From NCBI RefSeq assembly GCF_964204865.1, contig NC_135251.1:14818001-14882000 (forward strand): DNA of 64,000 bases, read 5' to 3'. Under the pieces are notes generated by a model, which saw nothing but the letters and a program-made list of their open reading frames with translations, did not search any database and had not been told where the DNA came from. Position numbers and translations under genes: made by a program. Shown here one piece after another: positions 51,618 to 64,000 of the stretch. The DNA is from Styela clava (taxonomy: Eukaryota). The first letter of the stretch is position 1, and each line of letters starts with the position of its first letter.

Positions 51618-54600
51618 ATGTGGATTCGATGGGTGGCTCTAGTGACACTGACATTTGTCACATTGAGCAGGAAGACTGATGCATGCGTAACTCCTGAAAA
51701 AGATGTCAACTTTGATGATTTTGCGCTGAGGTACGTCATTATATTTGTCTCATACATTATAATAGATCCACTACCGTGTTTAATAAGAACTACTGGTTTG
51801 GCGGGTATAGAAAAATTCATTCGAGGCTCGTTGTTTGAAAAATCTCAATTATAAACTCATTAGACGCCAAAACCGTGGGAACAACGAAGGACAGTCGTCA
51901 ACTGCAGGATTTTATTTTCTTGGTTGTTGCTCTGTATATATAATTATCCACTAATCCTCATCGTGGTCTGCAATGTAACAAGAGAATTATGCTATACTTT
52001 CTCGTGTTATTCACCATGCGTCGGGCGGTGACAGTTCCAAGTCTAATTTTAAAGGTTTAGTAGACGCTGTAAACGAATACAATGCTAGGATATAGTAAAG
52101 GTTATTTAATGTGGTTTTTACGCCATCTTGTAAAAAACATCTTACACCTATACATTATTGATTTTAGCACAACAATCTTTTGAATGTAATTTGTTACATG
52201 CACATGTTTGTAAAATAAAACAATGTTATAATGATTGCGATAATTTTGCGTGCTAACAGCCAAGTATAAATGATTTAACGCCATGCTAGATGAGTTGGAC
52301 AAGTAATAAATGTTGGTCATTAGTTATGTCAATTTTCAACTAATATTTTATTATAAAGAAATGAGCACTTCCGTTTGGCAACCGGCGGAAATTTTGTTGT
52401 CACGATTATTTACCATGTTTTGTTTTATTGCAACGCTGATCAGATTCTAATTAGCCATTCACTGAAGAAAACAAACAAAAAGACGAATTAAAGTTATTAT
52501 CTATAATTGGAAGATATTCAAATTGTCGAACGAAATGAAAGACGTAGTACCGGTTTCGATGATCCGTTTTGTAATCAAAATTTGTTAAATTAATAGGAGT
52601 TTTATTATAATTCAAGCCAAATTTGAAAGTGAAGACTTATACAGTGACTCGTAGCCAGACGTGTGGCAACGATCATTGGCACACTTCTAAAAATGTAAAG
52701 CAAATCGAAAATTCAAACATAATACGAACGTATATCACATTACAATATTCTTCATCAGTTTGTATTAAATATAAACAAATCAACCTGAGATATGCGACGT
52801 CCAAACAACAGATGTTGACAATGAAGCCATCTAAAACATGTTACCTAAAATTTTCAATAGATTCTACTTACTAGGTACAAAGTGGATGCATTCACTAAAT
52901 TTATGTTGTTTGTAGACCGAAACCACTTATCTTTTTAAATGGTAGGGCAAATGCTTCCAAACGCTAAGTATTTTGAAATTAAAGATACCCTAAAAAGTTT
53001 CTCCTTTTTTTTTTAAATCTTTCTATAGGCGGCTTTGGCCTTTGACGATTTTTAAACAATGCACAAACTTGAAATAACCGAAATAATACAGCTTTCATGT
53101 AAAATGATATACTCAAGTTAAAAATGTACTAAGATAATAAGATTAGCAGTCTTTGCTATTGAATTCGTTACATCCTGTGTGGGAATCGGGAGTTGGCTAA
53201 TCACTAGATAAATCATCGCACGAACATAAGGTGTCCCGACAATCAAAAAATAAATGATCATAAACAGGGTGCTACTAATTTGATTGAAAGGGCCAAAATA
53301 TTCACGGTTTAGCACATAGATACACAATTTATCGGTTAAACTTTCAATAAATCATCCATTGAATAAATCATTGATAATTATGAACAAGTCATGATGCAAT
53401 ATTTTTGACTTGTACTTTTACAATTGCTAAAAATGCTCATTGAGTTATTTTTCGTATAACCGCATTTTCTATTGGAAGTACGGTTATAACTATATGCCAT
53501 TTTTTAATGAATAGAGCAAAAACATATTCCAGACAGAAGAAGAAGCTAGGGAGGTGGATAATTTAGGGGACAAAAACTCTCTCTCTTGATCCTCATATTT
53601 CCCACCAACAGAGCATATACACACGTTTCACCCTTTTCAGTGATTGTTGAGACTCTCAGTTCAAGTCAAGTCATTTACTTTTGTTATGCACTGAGCGTCA
53701 AAAATCACCTCCGGGCTTTTAGTAATATTGAAGTTATTTATATGAAAACACTATGATTAACCTTATGGTAATGCTATGTACAATATTATTTAGTCTTGAC
53801 AACTTAAACGACACAAACTAAATAATAGTCTGGTACAAGGCATGTCCATATAAATATACTATCTTAAAATTAAATGCGGTTATTCTGAACGGTTTTCTCA
53901 GGTTTTTAATTACTCGAACTTATTAGTCATCGGATGCCATTTGTAACCCAGCATATTAATTCTCTCCAATAATTGTCGGTTTCATTACCCCTAATATGGC
54001 CTTCCGCTACCGTCCATTGAAGTGCTTCCAAATCGGATATGGTATTTTAAATCATTTGTATCATTTCCAAATATTGAAACAATAATTAGGGCAATTTAGG
54101 TAATTTTACTATAATTATATATCAATACATAAAAGTTTTCAATTCTGGTGAGTCTGGCAAAATGCTTGCTATTTCTTACACAATTTATTATAAAATATTA
54201 GTAAATGATAAATAAATCACCCCAAAAATAATCATCAACATTTTTAAACCTTATTTTTTCTAGAGTAGACCCAAAATCGGCAGAAATGTAAAAAATGTAA
54301 TATTGTGACAGAGAATTGAAACCAGTCATTCATACTATTATGGATTCTTGAATATAATAGAATTGTTCGTGCCCATATCCATAGTCTAAATAAAAAATTT
54401 GAGAAAAAAAAAATTATATGATTCCATCCTGGAGAATCAATCGGGGGAAAACCATATTGTTTGGGCTAAAATCGAATTTTCACATATTCCTTATAAACTG
54501 TATACATTTTGAATTAAAACTAGTGGGTTTGATTATGTAATCGAGTTATTGTCAAATATTATCGTTCCACATTGCGTGGTTCACCGGGGAGAATTAACAA

Positions 54601-57600
54601 ATAATCCTAAATCACTTGCAATGTTGTGTCACGTCTAGACATCTTAAATAACCTGTGAAAATATATCGTATCTATTTCAGTATATTAAACCACAGACAAG
54701 CAGAAGCATGATGATATTTTAATTGAACGCGGGTAGAAAGTAATTTTAAATGTCACGTCCATGATAGTAATAGAACAATAGATAACACACTAGCTTTGGC
54801 TATTGATTAAGGTCATGGTCATGGCGTGTTTCGATGTAACGGTAAGCCTTGCCAATTTTTGAACCTATTATAAAAATACTGGTGATATGAAATTATTTTA
54901 ATGATAGCTTTAAAATAAAAATAACGTGAATCAAGTTAAATGTCACTGTCGAATTATCAGCATCCTGTTTTTGAAGTTGATATTTATTTATACAGGATAT
55001 TTTCGAAAATATATGTGACAAATAATTTAATATTTTCAATTAAGTTATACAATTTATGCTAGTCTCAATAGCTTGATTATGATAGTTACATAACCTCAAA
55101 TTTTCACAATTTAAAATAAATTACGATTTTTGTAAAAATGATCGATCGATTTTGTTGAGCCCTTTTTTTGTGAGTCGTTTCACTCTTCCTCTCCGAACAA
55201 GACTCTGTAGAAGCAGCGACCAATCAGAAGCAACCAACCAATAGTAGCTTCTCACAATTCGTTCTATATTAGTGCTGCTTGTATGAGGGCTTTGTTCTGA
55301 GCAAAAGACGTGAATAAATATTGTATTAAAAAAATAATTGATTGTGCATTTTGCAAAAGTGTGTCATTTCTAAACCATTTTTTTCAATGTATAGATTTTG
55401 AATACATTCAAATTATAGTTAATTTTATTTATAGTTTTAAAATGGGATAGAATGCCTTAATCAAGTGAATAAAATGTTGTGTAATCAATCATTTCCTTTT
55501 CAATATTCAAAGTTCGAGTTCAATTTTCTATTTTTATCAATCTTGTTTTCTTTCATCTAAATCTAAATCAACCTAAGGTTAAATGGGGACACTTTCGGTG
55601 CTAAGGTTAACAACGCAATTTTAAATGGTATATAATTATGAATCGTATGACATAATTAAAGTCGAAATTTAATTAGTCTTTCTATATTTATATTCATTAC
55701 AATTCGTGTTTGTCTTAACAGTATTTCCCCGATAAAGGAAACAACGACGTTGTTGCAATTCCTATATTCCTCTGCTAGCACTCCAGGGGTTTCATTCGAC
55801 TTTACTTACAAATATATCGTAGTCATTTATGCTTGCTTAAAGTGATATAACCAGTTTTGAAGTCAAGTGTGTTTATATCTCACTTTACTGTACGTAAATG
55901 CGATGCGTTTCATTGCATTGCTCCAGGCCATAAACTAGGATTGTGAACTATATCGTAGAGCAAAGTCTATAGCTTAGATTTCCGACAAAGCTGATATAAT
56001 ATAATTTATTTAAACCAACACTTGATAGGTTTTATATCATATAATTCACAGCCAAACTGAAATAGCAAAGTCAATTATGCATTCAATCAAACGAGTCTTT
56101 GGGAAAACTTAAAATTGTTTAACGATAGATGGCGCGTTTACGGCTTTTACTTGAAAACAATTTACATCTTCGACTAATTTCTTCCACATTCAGCCGAATA
56201 AACGATTTCTACATTTTTTGAAACGGTTTTTGAATGGGCCGTTTTATTCACAATCATAAATTAGTAAAGTATTTAATAAAATCATGGATTGATTTTGGTT
56301 GGTGCATCAAGTATTTGGAAACCGTTAGTTTCGTGTTAATCTATAGACCAAAACCAACGTTAAACTGGAATTAGAGAAGTCAGTCTTCCAGTCGTTGACC
56401 ATTTTTCTTTATCTGATCTTGTGTTGAGTTTCAGCTTATCCCATTTAATGCTATTTTTGTATAAACTGAACATTATACAATAGGTAATACGATTCGTGCT
56501 CACCAAAGTCGATAAATGTTATATCGAAAGTATCGACAGGAATGATCAACTTACTTTTGACCGCTCCATAATGTAAATTTTTCCCAATATCATCCAATCG
56601 ACTTAGATTTGATTTATTCTAGCTCAAACGTTTGCACATAAAGTGTAGTGAGTTTATCGCCAACTAGCATGCATTTACAATGCTCCAATTGATCGACAAA
56701 CGCCTAGTGACTATTGTTAAAAATGAGTTTTACGTTGTCTTTTTTTTTTCGTGATTATTTGCGTTTTATATATTTGTCGTTACAATTTGCATTGTTGACG
56801 TTGTGTTAACACATTTTTCTTTAAACATTTTTAGATCTGACATTGTTGTAGAAGGGGTTTTGGCAAGAAATGTTGTTAAGAAGAAACCAAAATTTAGTGC
56901 TACGTTTCGAGTCACTACGATTTTTTCTACAAAAGCAGGGAAGCTCAAATTGGGCAATTCTTTCGTGTGAGTTTTATAAATCTATATAGTATAGAAAAAT
57001 ATTTGATAGGTTAATGTATGATATTTATATTTGAAACCAATCTTTTTTGTTTACACTTGTATATACTTTAAGACATGATTTATTCATGATTTACCGAAAT
57101 TATATATAGAATGCTATATCCAGAAATATTTCTGTTGGTCTAAAATATTTTACGGAATTTCTCAATGGATCGACAGAAATGGCATACAAAATTTTCATCA
57201 CGCAAAATTTAATATTTGTTCAAATGCAATAAAAATTTTCAACCATAGGTTTAATTATATTTTTCTTATTTTCAAAAACAGAGTTGGCGACTTCGGTTCT
57301 GCGTCTTCGTGTCTAAAACCCAAGTTTGGCAAGAAATATGTATTTTTCTTGTCTCCAAGTACAGCACCTAGAATACGGGGTCGCCCCCGACGATTCGTCA
57401 ACCGCTATAACCCTGTCGGCTCTTCAAAAAGGAATCTGAAACTTTTTAAAAGTGTTCTGGAAGGTAGGTTGATTGGTTTTGCCGAGTTTTACAGTATACA
57501 AGTTTATACAATGTGATGTTAATGAATGTATTTTCACTAAACTATAATCTCATGTCTCTTGTTCAATATTCGATAACATGTAATGTAATAGCTGTTAATT

Positions 57601-60600
57601 TACGTATAACTACGTTTCAGGTACTTATGAAGGCGAAACGATATTGCGATCTGGATGTAAAAAGATGAGTAAGCCGGATAATGGAGCCGTCTCATGTTCT
57701 CCTGATAAAATGCGATGTGTTACCTCATGTAAAAAAGGATTTTTACTCAACGGCGGACCGAAGTTTAAAGTTTGCCAAACCACAACAGGACTGTGGTATC
57801 CGTTCAAATCAGTATCGTGTGTTCCTGAACCAACAACTACATCAACGACTTCTACTGATGAAATAATATTGGCATCAACACCACAATCTGCAATTTCCAA
57901 TATTAAAAATCCGTTCACTGATACAATAGCCAACAAGGCTACATCCAAAAAGAAGCCAGTAGCCAAAGCAAAGACTGGAAAGAAACGAATCGCAAATAGG
58001 AGAAAAACAAAGCGAGGAAAAAAGAACTCTGGAGGTAAAATGAAAACGGCACCGCGGAAAATTATAAGATTGAAATCTGCTGAAGGGGGAGGGACGACAT
58101 CTATCAGCAGAAGATATCCAAATTTGAAAGGTGCTGATGCACAGAAGGTACTCGTGGATAATCTCAATTCAGAACAAGAAACTTTATCAGGTAATATTCG
58201 TTGCACGTTTGACATCATTTTATCAGGGTGTCTCCAAAATGTCGTGTCCCACTTGTACTGCGTGTCCTACTTGTCCCACGTGTCCCACTGTACCACTTGT
58301 CCCATGTGTCAAGTGGGAAACGTGGTACAAGTGGGACGCGTGGTACACGTGATACAAGTGGTACAAGTGGGACACGTGGGACACGTGGGACACGTGGGAC
58401 AAGTGGGACACGACATTTTGGAGACACGGAATTTTATCATAAAATATTTTAATAGTGGTGAATTCGCAACCAAATGTGAAATAATTATATCAGGCTATTT
58501 CAGACTATTTTAATGATAGGAAACAAAGATAGAGGATTCAGTCGATATGCAGCAAAAAATGTATTTGATTGATGCATTTAGTAGGCCCACATGTAGCAAG
58601 AATAATCTAGTATATATCAATGTGAAATATGTAATTTTCAGATTCCCATGACACCGATTTGAGCATGTTCTCAAACGAAGAAGACAGTACAACTACAACT
58701 TTTGTTAGTTCAACAACTACAATACTCTCTCCTTCGACAACAGAACAAACTCCACCTCCAAGAAGATCAACACCAAGTACGCGGAAAATACCAATTATGC
58801 CAACCGATGAATCGGCTATACCAACAGTATCATCGACAATCTCATCATCACCTCTAACACCAACAGAAATTGAGATACCGCTATTTTTGTCTGAAGAACC
58901 TGATACATCACCCACAGAAAAAGGAGAATCGATTTTGACTTCTAAAGAACCTACAACAACGACTACAAAACCCGTCGCAGTGTCTGAGGAAACAGATAAA
59001 CCAGTTTTAACGACTGGTGTTATAGAACAATCAACGATAACAACAGCAAAAGTTGATTCAATTCCACAAACACCAAATATACCTACGACAAAATCAACTG
59101 TGATAGTTTCTAGTTCCGAAGTACCAATTACTTTAACAACGAATCGGTATGTGGAAACAGAAAATCGTAGTTTAATTTCTGAAGCACCAGATTCATTTGT
59201 GACGGAACCATCCGTAGAATCCAGAAAACCTAACGCAACTTTTGAAATAACAGATGCATTCACAACAGAACAAACCAGAGACACAGCAACTCCAGTCTTT
59301 ATACTTGAAAGCACGACTCCAGCTAAAACGACTGAAGACATCGAGGATCCTGTAACTATGCCTGAAACGGTAAATGCATCAGCGACAGGAGCAAGTATGA
59401 TAACTGACAAGCCAACATATTTCTCTGAAAGACAAAATACAACTACAACAATTCTAATAGATGAAACCGAAGCACCGACTTCTGCGTTTAAAGAGCCTGT
59501 CGAACTTACAAAAGAAACGGCGACAATAGTTTCAGTTACTAGAGAATCGGTGGAATACATAACAGAATCGAGCGCAAAAGCTAATGAGACAGTTTTTATT
59601 GATCCAAACACAACTTCATCGGAACCTATTGTCGACGCAAGTACAGATCCAGTTTCGGGAGTATCAGAGGTATATACAGTAGAGCCAAGCGCAAAACCTA
59701 ATGAGACAGTTTTTATTGATCCAAACGCCACCACAACGGAATCCTTTATCGAAAGTACAGAACCAGTTTCGATCAAATTGAACATATCCTCAACAGACTC
59801 CACTTTGGAGATCAGTGGCACATTGTCTACTATCGAAGATCCAGTCACGTCAGGAATAGAGATAGCAACTCAAACGGCAGAAATGGTTTTAATTTCTGGA
59901 AATATCTCAACAACAAAACCAGTAATGAATATTGATGAAACGTCGACAATGGTTGAAGAACGTGATATGGTCACTTCTAAATCGATGGTAGAATCAACAA
60001 AATCAGTTCCTATTTCTGAAGAATTTGAAACTTCAATAATGGTGACATCTAGTACAAAGACATTGGTTTCTGTAAATACAAGCACAACAAAACCGATAGA
60101 AGAGATTGAATTGTCGGTTCCAACATCTCTGGAACTGAATATATCTACGACGGAATCAACTCAACAAATTGAAACCATTACAAATGAACTTATAAAGGAA
60201 CTAAATATATCCGCAACAGAGACAATCATAACAACTATTTCGTATCAACCAGATCCCACTGCCGCGTCAAATAAGACGGACTCTATTTCTGAAGTACCAG
60301 TTACACCCACGACAGAAACTATAATAGTTTCAGACATATCAACAACGAGTCAAACCGAAGGACCTACTAAACCCATTTCGATTTATACAATACTAAATGG
60401 AACTGATCCAGACTCCACCACAGTAGAACAAACATTTGAGTCAACTGCTGCTCCAAATGAGACAGTTACACCCACGACAGAAACTATAATAGTTTCAGAC
60501 ATATCAACAACGAGTCAAACCGAAGGACCTACTAAACCCATTTCGATTTATACAATACTAAATGGAACTGATCCAGACTCCACCACAGTAGAACAAACAT

Positions 60601-63600
60601 TTGATCCAACTGCTGCTCCAAATGAGACAGATTCAATTTCTGAAGGACCGGTTACACCCGCCACAGAAATAATTTTAGATATAGATACGTCAACAACGGA
60701 TCAAACTGAAGGAACCACCAATCCCGTTTCAATTTCTACACTAGTAAATATAACTGACCCAATTACTGTCACAGTGGAACAAACATTCGATCCAACTGCT
60801 GCTCCAAATGAGACGGATTTGATTTCTAAAGGTCCGGTTACACCCGCTACAGAAATAATTTTAGTTTCAGATGCGTCAACATCGGGTCAAACTGAGGGAA
60901 CTACCAATCCCGTTTCAATTTCTACACGAGAAAATGTAACTGTCACAAGCACCGTCACAGTGGAAAAAACATTTGATTCAACTGCTGCTCCAAATGAGAC
61001 GGATTTGATTTCCAAAGGACCGGTTATACCTAGCACAGAAATTATTTTAATTTCAGATACGTCAACAACGGGTCAATCTGAAGGAACATCAATTTTCAAA
61101 ACTTACCCAAGCACCACCACAGCGGAACCAGCAGCTGCAACCGAACCGTCCACTGCGTACACGACGAAATCTACTGAAGAAACTCAGAAAACTACAACAA
61201 CCACACATCAGCTCACCTCGACTGAGGAGACAACTGTGAAACCAACATTATCAACCAGTCCACCAATTTTGTCAACAAAAGAACTGGACTCGACGATAAA
61301 ACCAAGCATTTTACCTGAAGCATCATCGTCGACGTCAACTGAAAGGCCTGTAACTACAAAAACAATAACTACGACAGCAAAATCAATTTCATCAACTAAA
61401 GAAACTGTTACGCCGACTACACTACTAACGACTGGATTGCCTGTTACGTCGCCAAAAGTTACGCTATCCAAGAAGCCGGTTTCTCCAACCAAGAAGCCGA
61501 CTTCAGTGTCAACTAAAAAGCCATTCGTCGTGTCTAAAAAACCATCACCTAAGAAACCAATTACACCAAGCAAACCCCCAAAAATTCCATCGAAGAAACC
61601 CGAGACGCCGGTTTCTCCAACCATGAAGCCGACTCCAGTGTCAACTAAAAAGCCATTTTTCGTGTCTAAAAAACCATCACCTAAGAAACCAATTACACCA
61701 AGCAAACCCCCAAAAATTCCATCGAAGAAACCCGAGACGCCGGTTTCTCCAACCATGAAGCCGACTCCAGTGTCAACTGAAAAGCCATTTGTCGTGTCTA
61801 AAAAACCATCACCTAAGAAACCAATTACACCAAGCAAACCCCCAAAAATTCCATCGAAGAAACCCAAGAAGCCGGTTTCTCCAACCAAGAAGCCGACTCC
61901 AGTGTCAACTAAAAATCCATTTGTCGTGTCTAAAAAACCATCACCTAAGAAACCAATTACACCAAGCAAACCCCCAAAAATTCCATCGAAGAAACCCGAG
62001 ACGCCGGTTTCTCCAACCATGAAGCCGACTCCAGTGTCAACTAAAAAGCCATTTGTCGCGTCTAAAAAACCATCACCTAAGAAACCAATTACACCAAGCA
62101 AACCCCCAAAAATTCCATCGAAGAAACCCGAGACGCCGGTTTCTCCAACCAAGAAGCCGACTCCAGGGTCAACTAAAAAGCCATTTGTCGTGTCTAAAAA
62201 ACCATCACCTAAGAAACCAATTACACCGAGCAAACCCCCAAAAATTCCATCGAAAAAACCCGAGACGCCGGTTTCTCCAACCATGAAGCCGACTCCAGTG
62301 TCAACTAAAAAGCCATTTGTCGCGTCTAAAAAACCATCACCTAAGAAACCAATTACACCAAGCAAACCCCCAAAAAGTCCATCGAAGAAACCCGAGACGC
62401 CGGTTTCTCCAACCAAGAAGCCGACTCCAGTGTCAATTATAAAGCCATTTGTCGTGTCTAAAAAACCATCACCTAAGAAACCAATTACACCGAGCAAACC
62501 CCCAAAAATTCCATCGAAGAAACCCATTTCTCCGGTTGAAAAACCTAGAAAACCAACAGAAAAGCCAACAAAAAAACCATTATTACCAAGGAAACCATTG
62601 AGAAAACCCGGCGCTGGCAAGAAACCTACATTACGAAGGAAACCTACTGGATCCAGACGAAAACCAGGCGTGGCTCCCAAAAAGCCAGCCACTCCGTCTA
62701 AAGCACCTGCAAAAAAGCCAACCGCTCCAACGAGAGGGCCTCTGAAAAAGCCTGTTACAGGGAAAAGACCTAATTTACGCAGAAGGAAACCATTAGGAGC
62801 TAGAAGGCGACCAGGCGTAGCTCCCAAGAAGCCCATCGGAACTATAAATAGGCCAACCCCAGTAAAACAAAAGCCTGGTGAAACTGCCAAAACACCTAAC
62901 GTTCTGATAAAACCAACTTCTGTGATTGAAAAGCCAGTAACAACAGCCACTGCGACAAAGGAACCAACAAAAGAAATAATTATACAGACCACAGAACCAC
63001 CTACGTCGCCAAAATTGTCTCCCACTACAACAAAAGCAACCGTATCAACAATTCAGCCTAGCACAACCACAAAAGAATTGAAAAAAACAACCGTTGCAAC
63101 CACTATTCCTATTGTGGCGACAAAGATACCAACTGAAACCAAAAAACCAACCATTCCGAGACAAGCTCCTGCAAAAAAGCCAACCGCTCCAAAACGAGGG
63201 CCACTGAAAAAGCCTCTCACAGGAAAGAGACCCAATTTACGCAGAAGGAAACCATTGGGAACTAGAAGACGACCAGGTGTGGCTCCTAAAAAGCCTACCG
63301 GCACTACGAAGCCAGTTCTAACCCGACAAAAGCCTAGTGAAACTGTCAAAAAACCTGAAGTTCCGACGAAACCAACTACTCCAATTCAAAAGTCAACAAC
63401 AACTGCGACAAAGGAACCAACGACAGAAACAATTTTACAAACCACAGAACCACCTACTTCGCCAAAATCAACGACATCATCGACACAGAGATCTGTTTCT
63501 GTCACGGAGAAACCAGCAGTCACTAAAAAAACAGTCACGCCTAGTAAAGCACCTACAAAAAAACCGGTAGTTACAAGAAGGGGACCCCTAAAAAAACCTG

Positions 63601-64000
63601 TTTGGGGAAAAAGGCCAGCTTTATCTAGAAAGAAACCTATTGCTGGTATTAAGAAACCGGGAGAAATTGCAAAGAAGCCCGTGGGTACCAGAAAGAAGCC
63701 AGGTATGGCCAAGAAAAAACCGGGTCTATCTGTCAAGAAGCCAGCGGGTGCCCAAAAGAAACCGTTTGTTGGTAAGAAAAAGCCTGGAATCCAAGGTAAA
63801 AAGCCTGGTTTGGCTCGCAAGAAACCATTACTCGCCAGAAAGAAGCCTGGCTTTGGTAAAAAACAACCTGTTAAAAAGCCGCCAATAAAACGACGACCTG
63901 TACCAACTAAAAAGCCTATTAAAAAACCTTTGCCCGGAAAAGGTAAATTGGGATTAAAACCTGTTGCCAAAGGACGAACCGGACCTAAGCCTGTAGTCGG
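51618..64000 (+). CDS. Large secreted NtA-domain + Sushi-like + mucin-like protein, 3' incomplete; exons 51618-51730, 56835-56966, 57282-57463, 57621-58190, 58642->64000
   Basis: Signal peptide MWIRWVALVTLTFVTLSRKTDA|C. Exons 1-3 splice in frame to C...RSDIVVEG...FSATFRVTTIF...VVGDFGSASSC...GKKYVFFLSP, resembling the agrin NtA / neuregulin N-terminal fold. Exon 4 has CKKMSKPDNGAVSC...C...CKKGFLLNG...C...GLW...C (CCP-like). In the last exon I found no stop in the 58644 frame over ~5.3 kb; it is T/S/P/K-rich. Confidence 0.85.
58226..58430. mobile_element. Palindromic MITE with 9-bp internal repeats and 9-bp TSD (Mutator-like) in a mucin-gene intron
   Basis: GTGTCTCCAAAATGTCGTGTCCCAC / GTGGGACACGACATTTTGGAGACAC arms; (GGGACACGT)n subrepeats; ATTTTATCA at 58217-58225 and 58431-58439. 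Confidence 0.85.
60300..61090 (+). repeat. Coding tandem repeat, ~186-bp (62-aa) acidic Thr-rich unit, ~4.5 copies (first unit 165 bp)
   Basis: GTTAYACC unit starts at 60300, 60465, 60651, 60837, 61023; unit VTPxTExIxxSDxSTTxQTEGxTxPxSIxTxxNxT...TVEQTFDPTAAPNET. Confidence 0.9.
61476..62531 (+). repeat. Coding tandem repeat, 132-bp (44-aa) Lys/Pro-rich unit, 8 copies
   Basis: CCGGTTTCTCC recurs at 61476, 61608, 61740, 61872, 62004, 62136, 62268, 62400; unit PVSPTKKPTPVSTKKPFVVSKKPSPKKPITPSKPPKIPSKKPET. Confidence 0.97.
62703..63690 (+). repeat. Coding dispersed repeat APxKKPxxxxRGPLKKPxxGKRPxLxRxKP, 3 copies separated by Thr-rich spacers
   Basis: Copies start near 62703, 63165 and 63549. 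Confidence 0.85.

Noticed and set aside
55191-55301. Possible structured ncRNA hairpin in a mucin-gene intron
   Set aside because: Only a loose inverted repeat; more likely an old MITE, with no supporting motif
58131-58513. Cys/His-rich peptides (CPTCPTC, SHVSHV) suggesting a metallothionein
   Set aside because: Translations of the 9-bp subrepeats of an intronic MITE; the true exon ends at donor 58190
61476-62531. Regular repeats resembling a CRISPR array
   Set aside because: Contiguous in-frame tandem units with no unique spacers, in a eukaryotic exon with no cas genes
58607-63970. Long minus-strand ORFs (413, 605, 194 aa; GFL/GF-rich)
   Set aside because: Antisense shadows of the + strand mucin exon; T/P/K codons rarely give stops on the opposite strand

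Overview
AT-rich, intron-containing animal DNA, not prokaryotic. Compact GT-AG introns, dense hAT/Merlin/MULE MITEs and a tRNA-derived SINE suggest an invertebrate, possibly an ascidian (inference only). All identifiable genes are on the + strand: (1) the last three exons of a CYP26-family cytochrome P450; (2) two tandem three-exon rolling-stone-like membrane protein genes, the second with a GC-AG intron; (3) a single-coding-exon FANCB-like ORF whose C-terminus looks frameshifted or truncated; (4) an orphan ~13-exon gene for a ~1490-codon, largely disordered protein with CtBP-type PLDLS motifs and an apparent in-frame TAG; (5) the 5' part of a very large secreted protein running off the window end, with signal peptide, NtA (agrin N-terminal-like) domain, Sushi/CCP-like domain, basic linker, acidic Thr-rich mucin block and strongly basic Lys/Pro repeat block. 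Gene 5 is the best candidate for an undescribed system. Many non-autonomous DNA transposons can be delimited to the base by TIRs and target-site duplications, including a 1.6-kb palindromic foldback element and a 5.7-kb hAT relic. All family assignments come from motifs recognised by eye; no database searches were run.
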